IMG/VR virus record: IMGVR_UViG_3300031994_000009
Origin: a virus
Taxonomy: Duplodnaviria; Caudoviricetes
Strand: one strand, 5' to 3'
DNA: 64,000 nucleotides
The notes beneath the pieces were generated by a model that did not search any database, was not told where the DNA came from, and saw only the letters and a program-made list of their open reading frames with translations. A program made the position numbers and the translations under genes. This document shows positions 1 to 9,519 of the stretch, in pieces. Within the stretch, counting starts at the first letter, position 1; every line of letters starts with the position of its first letter.

Positions 1-613
1 ATCTCTCCCTCGTATCATCTCCGCTTTCGAATCTTTTGTAATATTTCAGCAAAGCCAGAGATGGAACATGTTCGAACACAATTTCATCAACACGATGATC
101 GGACAACTTGGACTCTACAGTAGAATCGCACTTGATGAAATGCCCATATTCCTGCTTGGACATCCCCCAATACTTGGCTATGTTACGGGCAAGACAAACA
201 TTCTTCGAGTGATATCTTGGCATCCATTTCTTCACAAGATCGTTTCCGTTTTCTATTTCTGACTTTAACCAGTCTAGAATCTCTCTACTAATGACATATT
301 GTCTGGTTTTTGCGTCAGCTATAAACAAATCGTCCACACGGCCAGCATTGACAATGTCATCGATCGAACAATTCGACATGTGCATAAGAACACGGCCAAG
401 ATCCCTTCGTCCAAGACCGTTACGAGGATCCCTGACGAACATGGAGAAGAGACGTTCCCTATCGGACTCACCTATCTCTGGAACCTCGTCAAGATGATTG
501 GTGTAATATTCCGTTAGAAAAAGTATGTTGAGAAGTGGATCATTTCCTACATGGGTGAATGCGATGTCTCCGTTCTCTGTTCTTTTCTGTGAGAAAGCCT
601 CTTCCAAATTCAT
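1..613 (-). CDS. DUF2828-family (TROVE/vWA, Ro60-related) protein, N-terminal part; runs off the window start
   Basis: Not in the ORF track. Manual translation gives MNLEEAFSQKRTENGDIAF...RDPRNGLGRRD...GRVDDLF...KKWMPR...EHVPSLA, matching the TENG, RDxRxGxG, GRxDDL, KWxPR and VPS motifs of DUF2828. A promoter lies upstream at 639-651. Confidence 0.75.
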   Translation of the reverse strand, partial: MNLEEAFSQKRTENGDIAFTHVGNDPLLNILFLTEYYTNHLDEVPEIGESDRERLFSMFVRDPRNGLGRRDLGRVLMHMSNCSIDDIVNAGRVDDLFIADAKTRQYVISREILDWLKSEIENGNDLVKKWMPRYHSKNVCLARNIAKYWGMSKQEYGHFIKCDSTVESKLSDHRVDEIVFEHVPSLALLKYYKRFESGDDTRER

Positions 614-638
614 ATTCGTTCTGTTTTTGTTTGACAAT

Positions 639-651
639 GCAAATATACGGA
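639..651 (-). promoter_or_regulatory. Class I (host-sigma-type, early) promoter TCCGTATATTTGC
   Basis: Contains the Bacteroidetes -7 element TAnnTTTG. The same 13-mer recurs in 10 other intergenic spots (one with a single mismatch). Confidence 0.85.
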
Positions 652-683
652 AAGTTTTTGAAACGAAAAAATGTTTTCTATAA

Positions 684-1130
684 TTATTTTACTCCAGTGT
701 GCCCGAATCCACCTTCTCCCCTTTCTGTTTGATCAAGTTCGTCGACTTCTTCCCATTCAACAGTTTCATATTTATGTATAACCATCTGGGCAATTCGATC
801 GCCGTTGTTCACAACGAAATCCTCGTTACTAAGATTGATTAGGATGACACCAACATCACCTCTATAATCACTATCGATCGTAGCTGGTGCATTAAGTACA
901 GTAATTCCTTTTTTCAGGGCAAGTCCACTTCTTGGCCTAATCTGAGCTTCATATCCTTCTTCTAAGGCGATTTTGATGCCAGTTGGTATAAGTTTACGGT
1001 CCATTGGCTTCAAAGTCACTGAAGCTTCCAGAAATGCCCTCAAATCCATTCCTGCAGATTGTTCCGTGACGTATGTCGGCAAAGGGTTTGTGCTAAGATT
1101 GACAATTTTAAATTTCTTCTTTATTTGCAT
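684..1130 (-). CDS. dut: trimeric dUTPase
   Basis: [26 protein letters not shown] and [10 protein letters not shown] motifs. Confidence 0.97.
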   Translation of the reverse strand: MQIKKKFKIVNLSTNPLPTYVTEQSAGMDLRAFLEASVTLKPMDRKLIPTGIKIALEEGYEAQIRPRSGLALKKGITVLNAPATIDSDYRGDVGVILINLSNEDFVVNNGDRIAQMVIHKYETVEWEEVDELDQTERGEGGFGHTGVK

Positions 1131-1140
1131 CTTTATTTAG

Positions 1141-1161
1141 TAATTATATACATGATGGCAC
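1141..1161 (-). promoter_or_regulatory. Class II (putative middle) promoter GTGCCATCATGTATATAATTA
   Basis: Near-identical 21-mers at 43828-43848 and 48546-48566, each just upstream of a gene start. Confidence 0.65.
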
Positions 1162-1165
1162 TAAT

Positions 1166-1537
1166 TCACCTTCTTTTTATTGATTTTTCTTTTTGATGTT
1201 TTTCCTTACCGATAAAATAATATGTTTGGCAAATTCTTCCAATTGGATTATCGAAATTCCACCTACCATATATTTCACTTCTACGATTTGCATAAAGTAA
1301 TTCGTTCTCCAATGTTTTTTGTGACGCAGTAAACGTAAATCCTTTCCAATTTATAACGACAATGCGACTTTCTTTCTTTTTGCAATTTATATTACAGTCA
1401 CGTTTGCACGTATTTATTCTACCTATAAGATATTTAGTTGGCAATGTTGAAATTAACTCTTTGATTTTTTCAGAATCTGTTTTCCAATATAGTTTTTTCA
1501 ATTTATTGTCTGTTTTTTCTTCTTGTATCATAAGCAA
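1166..1537 (-). CDS. hypothetical protein
   Basis: ORF packed in the minus-strand operon. Confidence 0.65.
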   Translation of the reverse strand: MLMIQEEKTDNKLKKLYWKTDSEKIKELISTLPTKYLIGRINTCKRDCNINCKKKESRIVVINWKGFTFTASQKTLENELLYANRRSEIYGRWNFDNPIGRICQTYYFIGKEKHQKEKSIKRR

Positions 1538-1552
1538 TTTATTTTAGTGTCA

Positions 1553-2275
1553 TCAGGTATATAGTTTCCCTTTATTTTCTTTTTTATTTGAACTCAATGT
1601 ATAGTAACCATACCACTTATTATCTTCTGTACCAAATCTTTTCAATTTGACATTACGTTTCTCTGCACATTTTTCACAATAAGATTCGATCCATCCTTCT
1701 GTGTATCCAGCAGCTGGCGCCCCACAATCAATACAAGTCCTGAAAGAAATGAACTCATACTTCTGGATAATTTTGTTGACATCCTCTGGAGCACCACCAT
1801 CATACCAGTACAACTCCCCAAACTTCTCTTTAATCTGCATAATACGATAGTTCCTTAGGAGTTTCCTTCCACCAGCTTCTATCAATGCATCCTTTATTTC
1901 CTTGCACATTTGGATTCCGAAACATTTCCTCCAACCCTTGTCCATAGAATCAAGTTCAGTATATGTAGGAATCCAACAAATAACCTGCAAAATTTTGTCA
2001 TGCCAAATCTTCAGTATTTTGTAACGGATCCATTTGAATCTGTTGGTTATTTCTGTACGATAGGATCCATCGTTTACGATCTTTGTTGAACCAGCATATA
2101 GATCCTTCATCTTATCGATGATTCTCCAGTTGTTGTAATGCAACCCAGTGAACCTGTTCCTTGGATAAAGGAAAGGGAACCTCAGGCTGAGATATACAGA
2201 TCTTGGAATGTTACAAAACCTTTTCCATTTGAATCTCAGCCTTCCCTTAAACATTTTCCACTTACTGTATGGCAT
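1553..2275 (-). CDS. hypothetical phage protein with QIKEKFG motif and CxxC...CxxC
   Basis: QIKEKFGELYWY followed by CIDCG and CEKC, a motif pattern common in phage proteins. Confidence 0.75.
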   Translation of the reverse strand: MPYSKWKMFKGRLRFKWKRFCNIPRSVYLSLRFPFLYPRNRFTGLHYNNWRIIDKMKDLYAGSTKIVNDGSYRTEITNRFKWIRYKILKIWHDKILQVICWIPTYTELDSMDKGWRKCFGIQMCKEIKDALIEAGGRKLLRNYRIMQIKEKFGELYWYDGGAPEDVNKIIQKYEFISFRTCIDCGAPAAGYTEGWIESYCEKCAEKRNVKLKRFGTEDNKWYGYYTLSSNKKENKGKLYT

Positions 2276-3925
2276 TTAATCTTCTTCCCAATAATGTTTT
2301 GCGTCTTCGTAATAATGATGCTTCACTTCATCATACACTTTGAACCCACCATCCCTGCGAATCTCAGTAAAAGCCTCTATCAACCCATACCACTTTTTAC
2401 GCTCACAGTTTTCGTCAAGTTGTTTATAATCCATGTTATAAGGCTTGTCAAGCTGATATGATGACTTATACGCATTTTTCTCTACACCATCGACATACAT
2501 GCTGAACTCACCCTCGTTCAAAGTGATCGTTTGCCCAGTAGAAAAGTTATCCTTGATGTACCACCAATACTTATTTGCGAAAGTAGTGTCTATATGGGCG
2601 TATGCTTTGTCAAAAAGATCATCAAGTTCATCCTTTGTGAACTCCTTAACTTCAATATTCGAACCCCTTCCGTTCGTCTTGTATCCTAGATAAAGGAAAT
2701 GACACCACAAATCCTCGTCATCGTACACAGCTTTTTGAATATCTTTTGTTGTTTTCACACCAATCAACTCTGGGATAAGATGAGCCACTATATATTTATA
2801 TTCATCTTGATATGCACATGTATTCTTGTTGAAAAACTTGTAGAATTTCGACAACGTTTCTACATCGTCTACACTAAAAACAGACACTCCTATACCATCA
2901 ACATAGTTTTTGAATATTCTTGCCAAATTATGATCATTCATAATCTTTTCGCAATCTTTGATATTGATTGTCACATTTGCTATGTGTCCTTTCTGATGAA
3001 TTGCCTTCAACAACTTTTCGAGTTCTGGATAGAGTATAACGCTCCCTCCTCCAATAGAAAACTCGCAACGATTTCTTTTCGTTACTTCTGGTTCACCCAT
3101 AGCGTTGACAACTTGATATACAAGGAAATTGATATCTGCATGTTTTCCTTGCATATTAGAATCCATGAAACAAAAAGGACATCCGTTATCACATTGATTC
3201 GTAATCCTCAAATCGATCAATTCAGGAGCTTCAGGAACAATTTCATCTTCAGATGTAGCAAACCTGATTCTTCCACAAAAACTGTCCTTTATTGCATGTT
3301 TTTCATAATACTCATCATCATCTTTTTTATGCACAAAGTCATACGTATCCCCATATCCTACCCAATAGTTTCCATTCTTTGTCACGCCACGTTTTCCATT
3401 ACGATCTCCGTAACGAACCATATCTGGATCTGGAACTTCCACATGTCCAGAAATAGTATCGTACACAAAATCCATCTCATCGGATCCTCCGACGATCACG
3501 ATTTCCTTGTTGTCGATCACATTCCTTAGATAATCGACACTTGCCTCAAGATTACCTTCGAACGACAGACTCCCACGGCAATACATGCCAAATTTCTCAT
3601 TATCATAATCGTCTGCGAAAGCATCCTTGATTTTCGGGAAATACTGCTTCATCTCTGGATATATTGATGACATAACCTTCACCAAAGGCTCATTCCACAT
3701 GATAGCGGCAAGGACATACTTTATCTTTGCATCACGGGAAGCCGCTATAGTGCTGTCGCATCTCCCATAATAGTCAAGCTCGAATATGTCGAGATCCTTG
3801 AAAAGCTCGCCGTCATTCCTATAGATTAAGGAATGTGTTGAACTGCTGTTTGTTGCAAGTCCTCTCCTGAAATTCTTCAGGTAGATCGTATGAAATCCGA
3901 AATTCATCTCTTTGTCTTTTTCCAT
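2276..3925 (-). CDS. radical SAM protein fused to an N-terminal NSSS-motif domain
   Basis: CDNGCPFC (CxxxCxxC) and SIGGG; N-terminal RRGLATNSSSTHS. Confidence 0.85.
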   Translation of the reverse strand: MEKDKEMNFGFHTIYLKNFRRGLATNSSSTHSLIYRNDGELFKDLDIFELDYYGRCDSTIAASRDAKIKYVLAAIMWNEPLVKVMSSIYPEMKQYFPKIKDAFADDYDNEKFGMYCRGSLSFEGNLEASVDYLRNVIDNKEIVIVGGSDEMDFVYDTISGHVEVPDPDMVRYGDRNGKRGVTKNGNYWVGYGDTYDFVHKKDDDEYYEKHAIKDSFCGRIRFATSEDEIVPEAPELIDLRITNQCDNGCPFCFMDSNMQGKHADINFLVYQVVNAMGEPEVTKRNRCEFSIGGGSVILYPELEKLLKAIHQKGHIANVTINIKDCEKIMNDHNLARIFKNYVDGIGVSVFSVDDVETLSKFYKFFNKNTCAYQDEYKYIVAHLIPELIGVKTTKDIQKAVYDDEDLWCHFLYLGYKTNGRGSNIEVKEFTKDELDDLFDKAYAHIDTTFANKYWWYIKDNFSTGQTITLNEGEFSMYVDGVEKNAYKSSYQLDKPYNMDYKQLDENCERKKWYGLIEAFTEIRRDGGFKVYDEVKHHYYEDAKHYWEED

Positions 3926-3929
3926 TTTT

Positions 3930-4388
3930 TCAATATTTGTTTACTATAAATTCACCATAATTGTTTGGATCATTAGTGACACAAGCGGTAGCTTTATCTT
4001 TATCTTTCGGAACACCGATCGTAAAAGTTTCTATGAAGCATCCAGAAAAATCATCCATCGTCTTTTCCCAAGCGTCCGACATAATTTCAAATTCATGAAC
4101 AGTATGCCCATCTCTATCGACTCTTGTGGAAAGAAACTTGTCATCATCTTCTGTATACTCATGTTCAGAATCACTTCCCCATGGATCGTCTGGATAACCA
4201 GAATTACAGTTAATAAACTCGTCGAATGTCATAGGAAGCTTGCTCTCGTCGATAACATATTCCATACACGTTTCCTTTGCCTGCTTCATTGCCTCATCGA
4301 ATGTTGGCCACACACCAATGATGTAATGATATGAATCATCATAGCATCCTCCGTATTTTTGTACTATATAAACCTGCTTATTTTCCAT
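3930..4388 (-). CDS. hypothetical acidic protein
   Basis: ORF in operon. Confidence 0.7.
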   Translation of the reverse strand: MENKQVYIVQKYGGCYDDSYHYIIGVWPTFDEAMKQAKETCMEYVIDESKLPMTFDEFINCNSGYPDDPWGSDSEHEYTEDDDKFLSTRVDRDGHTVHEFEIMSDAWEKTMDDFSGCFIETFTIGVPKDKDKATACVTNDPNNYGEFIVNKY

Positions 4389-4410
4389 TTGTGTTTTAAT
4401 TTATTAATTT

Positions 4411-5580
4411 TCAAGATAAAACAAACTCAAGTCTGTCATATTCATCTGGAGTAGGCCATTCCATTTTTTCTATCATGGAAACAAGTGTAATTGAAGGAAT
4501 CTGACCCTTTCTTCTCTCAATGTTCTTTTCAATTCCACGAGCTTCACACATAATATACCTCCAAGTCACGTCATATCCAGACAACAGTTTCTTGTATCCA
4601 TCCCGATACTTACGTCTGTTGTTCATGTTGTTCAGGACAATATACTTACCTTCGTTTGCGGCTTTCAGCAATTTTTCATTAAAAATCTTAGTAACCAGAC
4701 TTTCCTCGTCTTCGGTTCCAAGATACTTCTCTCCATCACCACACAACCCGATATCCGCCCTTATGTCATCTCTGCAAATAACAACCTTATCCGAAAAACT
4801 AGGATCGTTATGTATAGCCGTGTCTTTCCCAGACCCAGGCAATCCAATATACAAATCAACATTCAACCTAGGTTTCTTTGATATCTTATGTTGAATTTTG
4901 TTTACCGTATCAAAAGAATTGTTCTTTTTTGTAAAACAATCAAGATCGGAAGCAACCAACATGATATTAGATAAAAGCAACTCATCGCTTTCGTTCAAAG
5001 ACGGATCCTCTGACACAGACCCTCTGATGTCACAAACCTTCAACCAATACAGAAGAGATAGACTTGGAACCTTGGTCGACATGTCAAGAACCTTTTGGAT
5101 ACAATCCTTTGATCTGACAATATTCAATGGTTCCATATGCCAACGGACAAGAGAACAGACACCTTCACGGAGATCGATCGGAAGATCCCACAATATTCTC
5201 CTTGTTATCTTCTCTCCCTCTATCTCATGGCCATAATGGTGCCAGAGTTGATCAGATTCCTTGAAGAATGTTGTCCTGCATTTCCCAACATCATGGAATA
5301 TGGCAGAGAGCAAAAGCAAATCGACCTTAAAGTCCATAACATTTCCATATTCTCTCAAGTTATGCTCGATAAAATTCACCATGTGTTCGACAACCTTCTC
5401 CACATGGATACTTACGAATTCACCTTCACTGTGCCACTTAGGAGACTGTCTAGTCGTTTTTAGTGCGACAAACTCTGGGATGGACCAAATGTAATCCCAG
5501 TTGATCGTAACTTTGCGATATGAGTTGTCATATTGATCCCAAACCAGATCGACTTTGTAGAAATCATCTTTTGTAGTCAT
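4411..5580 (-). CDS. HD-domain phosphohydrolase fused to a P-loop polynucleotide kinase (AAA_33-like)
   Basis: WHSEG..V..H, AIFHDVGK, RWHM and GLPGSGKDT...CRDDIR. Start moved to ATG 5580, downstream of the promoter at 5599-5611. Confidence 0.85.
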   Translation of the reverse strand: MTTKDDFYKVDLVWDQYDNSYRKVTINWDYIWSIPEFVALKTTRQSPKWHSEGEFVSIHVEKVVEHMVNFIEHNLREYGNVMDFKVDLLLLSAIFHDVGKCRTTFFKESDQLWHHYGHEIEGEKITRRILWDLPIDLREGVCSLVRWHMEPLNIVRSKDCIQKVLDMSTKVPSLSLLYWLKVCDIRGSVSEDPSLNESDELLLSNIMLVASDLDCFTKKNNSFDTVNKIQHKISKKPRLNVDLYIGLPGSGKDTAIHNDPSFSDKVVICRDDIRADIGLCGDGEKYLGTEDEESLVTKIFNEKLLKAANEGKYIVLNNMNNRRKYRDGYKKLLSGYDVTWRYIMCEARGIEKNIERRKGQIPSITLVSMIEKMEWPTPDEYDRLEFVLS

Positions 5581-5598
5581 GACTAAATAATTTGTGCA

Positions 5599-5611
5599 GC
5601 AAATATACGGA
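5599..5611 (-). promoter_or_regulatory. Class I promoter TCCGTATATTTGC
   Basis: Exact copy of the motif, with a TTTGG upstream (-33-like). Confidence 0.85.
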
Positions 5612-5664
5612 AAATGGACGAAACCAAAAAGGATTCGTCCATTTTTTCTTATCAAAACGAAAAC

Positions 5665-7131
5665 TTAGTTCATGTCCTCAATGTTTTCCTCTCCAGAATC
5701 ATTCTCTTCCGCCTCTTTTCCGTAATGACGAAGAGTTTTTAGTTTCCATGCCCTTGGTTTGATATCATCATCGATTCTAATAACTATACCCTCACGAGGA
5801 ACCTTATTTTCTGTACACAAAGGTTCATCCAACTCCATCAAGAAATTCTGCTTGTCGTTCTTCATCCTAGCAAGGACATTATTGTGCCAATGCAGATCCT
5901 CTGGAATATCTGGATAAAGATCTCCAAGCCTACCGTGATATAGTGTTGTCAAACACATAATGTTTTTCGCAACATCTGGGTACATCCTGATGATATCCTT
6001 TGTCCACTGGATGACGGCATCAATGTTCCATTCCTCCTTATTACCTTGTTCATCCGTCATTGTAATGCGATAAGGCATAAATTTCCATTCCCCGACCTTA
6101 CACCCATAGTCATGGTTCTTTTGGATAAACTTGTTCGTTCCTGGGACATATCCGCAAATCTCTCCGTAAACTGTCATGCCTTCCAAAAGCATTGGTTTGA
6201 TAACCTCGTTGACGACGCCCCAAACATCCGTATTGTAATATCCAGAACCGACCCCAGAGTTGATGTACTGATTCTTGATTGTTGTTCTCGACGCATACAC
6301 GTTACCATATTCTTTATCCTTGATCTTAAATCCAATAAACTTCAAAAACTTCTTGACCCAATTCAGTTTTTTCTTCACAAGGATGTTACAAAAAATGGCA
6401 GACGTTCCGTGAATTTTCACCGTGATATGAACGATATCATCTGGAGAAAGTTCCTTGATATGCTCCGCAAGCATCGTCGTGTTGTAATGGAAAGCGAACT
6501 GGCCATCGATAAGCCTGTCAAATCTCTTCAATTTACGCATGCGCTTCTTCCACTCAGATTGAGATCCAGTATGATGATCAGTCTGGACTACGATGTACTT
6601 CCAGCAAAGAATTTCATCATTGATTATATCGAACTGCGTCCCTACAAGAGAATTCCAATCGATTCCAACCAAAGATGGATCCATCTTTTCAAGGGAATCC
6701 ACACCAGCGATAAATCCCTGAGAATACTGCCCCCTCAACTTGAGGATACGCACACGTCCCTTTGAATTGAAGAAACCGCACATCGACTTGATCTGTTGCA
6801 ATAGTTCCATTTTCTTGGATTCATCGTTCTGCTGTTCGGCAAGCTCGATAAGTTGCTTTACCTGTTCAGCATTTGAATTCATCTCAAATTCTGAACGTTC
6901 ATAGAGATTGTTTGCCGACAGGAATTTCTTAGATATGCATGTCTCACACGGGAAATATACGACAAGATCCCCTGGTTTCATATCCTTGGAGATTACCATG
7001 TCATACCCGTTGATCACAGTCTTAACAAGCCTGTCCGCATTCTCGATAGGAAACACTTCCTCGATTCGACAAATAGTTGCCAAATAGTTAGGATTGTGAT
7101 CCTTTGATAATGTTAGTGGATTGTTGATCAT
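5665..7131 (-). CDS. RNA ligase, DRB0094/Rnl5-like family
   Basis: N-terminal I..V.PIENADRL...GDLVVYF module, plus ligase motifs TVKIHGTS, YGEICG, REGIVIR and KLK. Confidence 0.88.
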   Translation of the reverse strand: MINNPLTLSKDHNPNYLATICRIEEVFPIENADRLVKTVINGYDMVISKDMKPGDLVVYFPCETCISKKFLSANNLYERSEFEMNSNAEQVKQLIELAEQQNDESKKMELLQQIKSMCGFFNSKGRVRILKLRGQYSQGFIAGVDSLEKMDPSLVGIDWNSLVGTQFDIINDEILCWKYIVVQTDHHTGSQSEWKKRMRKLKRFDRLIDGQFAFHYNTTMLAEHIKELSPDDIVHITVKIHGTSAIFCNILVKKKLNWVKKFLKFIGFKIKDKEYGNVYASRTTIKNQYINSGVGSGYYNTDVWGVVNEVIKPMLLEGMTVYGEICGYVPGTNKFIQKNHDYGCKVGEWKFMPYRITMTDEQGNKEEWNIDAVIQWTKDIIRMYPDVAKNIMCLTTLYHGRLGDLYPDIPEDLHWHNNVLARMKNDKQNFLMELDEPLCTENKVPREGIVIRIDDDIKPRAWKLKTLRHYGKEAEENDSGEENIEDMN

Positions 7132-7139
7132 TTTGTTAA

Positions 7140-7511
7140 TTATTTAAGTTCATTTTTCACTTCTTCAATCATTTCGTGTACAATTTTAGCAAGACCAGCA
7201 TAATAAACAACATCTTCTAAACTATCGTTAGACTTTACTTTGCTCATAATGTTATTATGAATCTTAGATAAAGCTGACAAATATTGGCGTTGTTCGTCAG
7301 TAGGTTCTTTCTCTAAACCATCACTACTATATTTTACTAAAACGCTTACAACACCATTCGGAGAAGATTTTTCACAATTTTTTAATGTCTGAACTCGATC
7401 AATAATGTCATAAGCAACATCCCCTATTAAATTAGAAGAAAGCTTACTCACTGAACCATGATTCTTCGACAAATCATTTAAATCTCTGACAAGTAATTTA
7501 CTAATTTCCAT
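7140..7511 (-). CDS. hypothetical protein
   Basis: AT-rich ORF in operon. Confidence 0.65.
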   Translation of the reverse strand: MEISKLLVRDLNDLSKNHGSVSKLSSNLIGDVAYDIIDRVQTLKNCEKSSPNGVVSVLVKYSSDGLEKEPTDEQRQYLSALSKIHNNIMSKVKSNDSLEDVVYYAGLAKIVHEMIEEVKNELK

Positions 7512-7542
7512 TATAAACGATATTAAAACGATGAATTATATT

Positions 7543-8190
7543 TTACCAGCTAAACGTAACTACGTCCTCCCCTTCTGTGAAATTATCAATTATGTTCTCT
7601 TTAAAAGATCTCTTCGGATCGATCGTAATCTTATCTCCACACCAATCAACCTTATGTTTTCTGTCGCAATAGTCTTTCCTGTATCTCTCAAGTTCCTTTT
7701 TCGACCAGACATAATAGCCGATCTTTCCATCATCATAATCTTTATAGAATTTTTCGTTCAACCCCTTCCTTTGATATCCGACTTCCTTCCAGAACAGAAC
7801 CTTAATTTTCACCTTCTTCGTCGGAACATCTTTCCAATAGATTTTCTTCAGCTCTACATTTTTCCAGAATTCATCATATTTCTCTGGATGTTCTTCATCA
7901 TACTCTGGCGGAACACATTCTATAGGAAAGACCTCCACGAATCCATCCTTACCATGCAATTCCATACTGACCGACCATTTATCAATATCGAATCCAGTCT
8001 GTTCCTTGTACTTTTTCCAATCGTACCAAGTTTCCTCAACTTCATGTTCATATTGTTTAGTCCATTCTGGAAAGCCAAGACGATCATATGTTCCGTTCCC
8101 TTCCTCATCTAACATTCGGAAGTAATCCTTGTTCTTCTTATCCTTTGGTCTTTCCTTCAAGATTTTACGCACTGTAATGTCAAGTCCCAT
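7543..8190 (-). CDS. hypothetical phage protein (MGLDI...EVGYxRK type)
   Basis: Start moved to ATG 8190 (MGLDITV), just after the upstream stop. Confidence 0.7.
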   Translation of the reverse strand: MGLDITVRKILKERPKDKKNKDYFRMLDEEGNGTYDRLGFPEWTKQYEHEVEETWYDWKKYKEQTGFDIDKWSVSMELHGKDGFVEVFPIECVPPEYDEEHPEKYDEFWKNVELKKIYWKDVPTKKVKIKVLFWKEVGYQRKGLNEKFYKDYDDGKIGYYVWSKKELERYRKDYCDRKHKVDWCGDKITIDPKRSFKENIIDNFTEGEDVVTFSW

Positions 8191-8194
8191 AAAA

Positions 8195-8653
8195 TTAAAG
8201 TTTAATATTAATATTAATATTTGCCATCTTGAACGCATGATGTAACTGATCAACTGTCTTACATGTTGCGCAGAAAATGACATCCCTTTGATAAGAGTTG
8301 TTTGCCCTGTCGTCTATCCCTTCCCAGATCACCTCGAACCTGTTCAAATGATGATAGTATTTCGCGTATTTCTGATCTCCGAGATCCATAAACGCATACA
8401 TTCCGTCATCCTTGAAACCGATCTTCTCCATGATTGATCGATCGACAGGTATCAAACCGACCATCAAATAATCGATTTTCGATGGAATATCTAATCTCAC
8501 TGGTTTACCATTTTCCCACGTAAAAGAGTGTTTCAATCTGATTCCATCATCCATTGGATACAAAACCTGTAAAGGCATTTCTGGGTATTGTAAGTCAATA
8601 ACCCAATCTCCACTGATAAAATCCTCTGCAGTGTAATCTTCAATTTTGCACAT
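8195..8653 (-). CDS. hypothetical protein
   Basis: Directly downstream of the class I promoter at 8672-8684. Confidence 0.7.
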   Translation of the reverse strand: MCKIEDYTAEDFISGDWVIDLQYPEMPLQVLYPMDDGIRLKHSFTWENGKPVRLDIPSKIDYLMVGLIPVDRSIMEKIGFKDDGMYAFMDLGDQKYAKYYHHLNRFEVIWEGIDDRANNSYQRDVIFCATCKTVDQLHHAFKMANININIKL

Positions 8654-8671
8654 AAGTAAACAATTTGTGAA

Positions 8672-8684
8672 GCAAATATACGGA
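8672..8684 (-). promoter_or_regulatory. Class I promoter
   Basis: Exact GCAAATATACGGA on the + strand. Confidence 0.85.
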
Positions 8685-8689
8685 AAATG

Positions 8690-9502
8690 TCATGAAAAAG
8701 AAAGAAGATTTTTAAAATCTACTAAAGGAATCTCTGTCCAACCTATAATCCATCCCCTGTGAATCTCTTCTCCCATTGGATCGCACCAGCATCTTTTATC
8801 CTTGTCATAGTAAGCTATTTCCTTTCTTTCGTTATAGTGACAGACAAGAACTTCCCTATCGTTTTCTGGGAGACGAGACGAACATGGAACCCATCGATCA
8901 ACACCATTCATTTTAGAAAGTCTCTTTACAGTCTTCTTTGTCAACTTCAGATGTTCCTTCAGATGATTGATTGTTTGATCCTTTTTCGAATATCCCACGG
9001 AACAGATATCTTCCTGAACGGTCCAATATCTCAAGGATACAAGTCTACCCAGAATCGCTCTTTCGTCTGATGTCACTTTCCTGTATATTTTCCTCAGGTT
9101 GTGGCCGAATGGATCGATCCCATTGTCACACATAACTCTTTTCAGGTTTCCACTCTCATTGAATTGTATGATTGCTGGAACATTTTCTGGATCAAATCTA
9201 TCCGTCAGGAAAGACTTTACTTTGTCGACAATCTTCTCTGGTATGACGTAATAGAAACATGCGATAATTTCCGCATCATGAAAATGATCTTTCGTAAAGT
9301 CTTTCTTGAAATCCTCGAAACTTCTCTTGATTTCAAACTCCGTGCAGATTCCTGATTTCTTTACGCAAAGAAGATCCGCCTCATATGGAAGCAGACCCCA
9401 GCTAACGTTCGGTACTATCAAGTCTGACCGTTGATTACACCATTGTGAATTTCTTAATAGTAATTGTATTTCCTTAACTGAAAATTTTGTGCAAACTGCC
9501 AT
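8690..9502 (-). CDS. PD-(D/E)xK nuclease-like (MmcB-like) domain plus C-terminal DUF551-like domain
   Basis: EADLL...EFEIKRSFEDFKKD and C-terminal WVPCSSRLPE...VLV...GWTEIP. Confidence 0.65.
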   Translation of the reverse strand: MAVCTKFSVKEIQLLLRNSQWCNQRSDLIVPNVSWGLLPYEADLLCVKKSGICTEFEIKRSFEDFKKDFTKDHFHDAEIIACFYYVIPEKIVDKVKSFLTDRFDPENVPAIIQFNESGNLKRVMCDNGIDPFGHNLRKIYRKVTSDERAILGRLVSLRYWTVQEDICSVGYSKKDQTINHLKEHLKLTKKTVKRLSKMNGVDRWVPCSSRLPENDREVLVCHYNERKEIAYYDKDKRCWCDPMGEEIHRGWIIGWTEIPLVDFKNLLSFS

Positions 9503-9519
9503 AAATTATATTTTAAACA

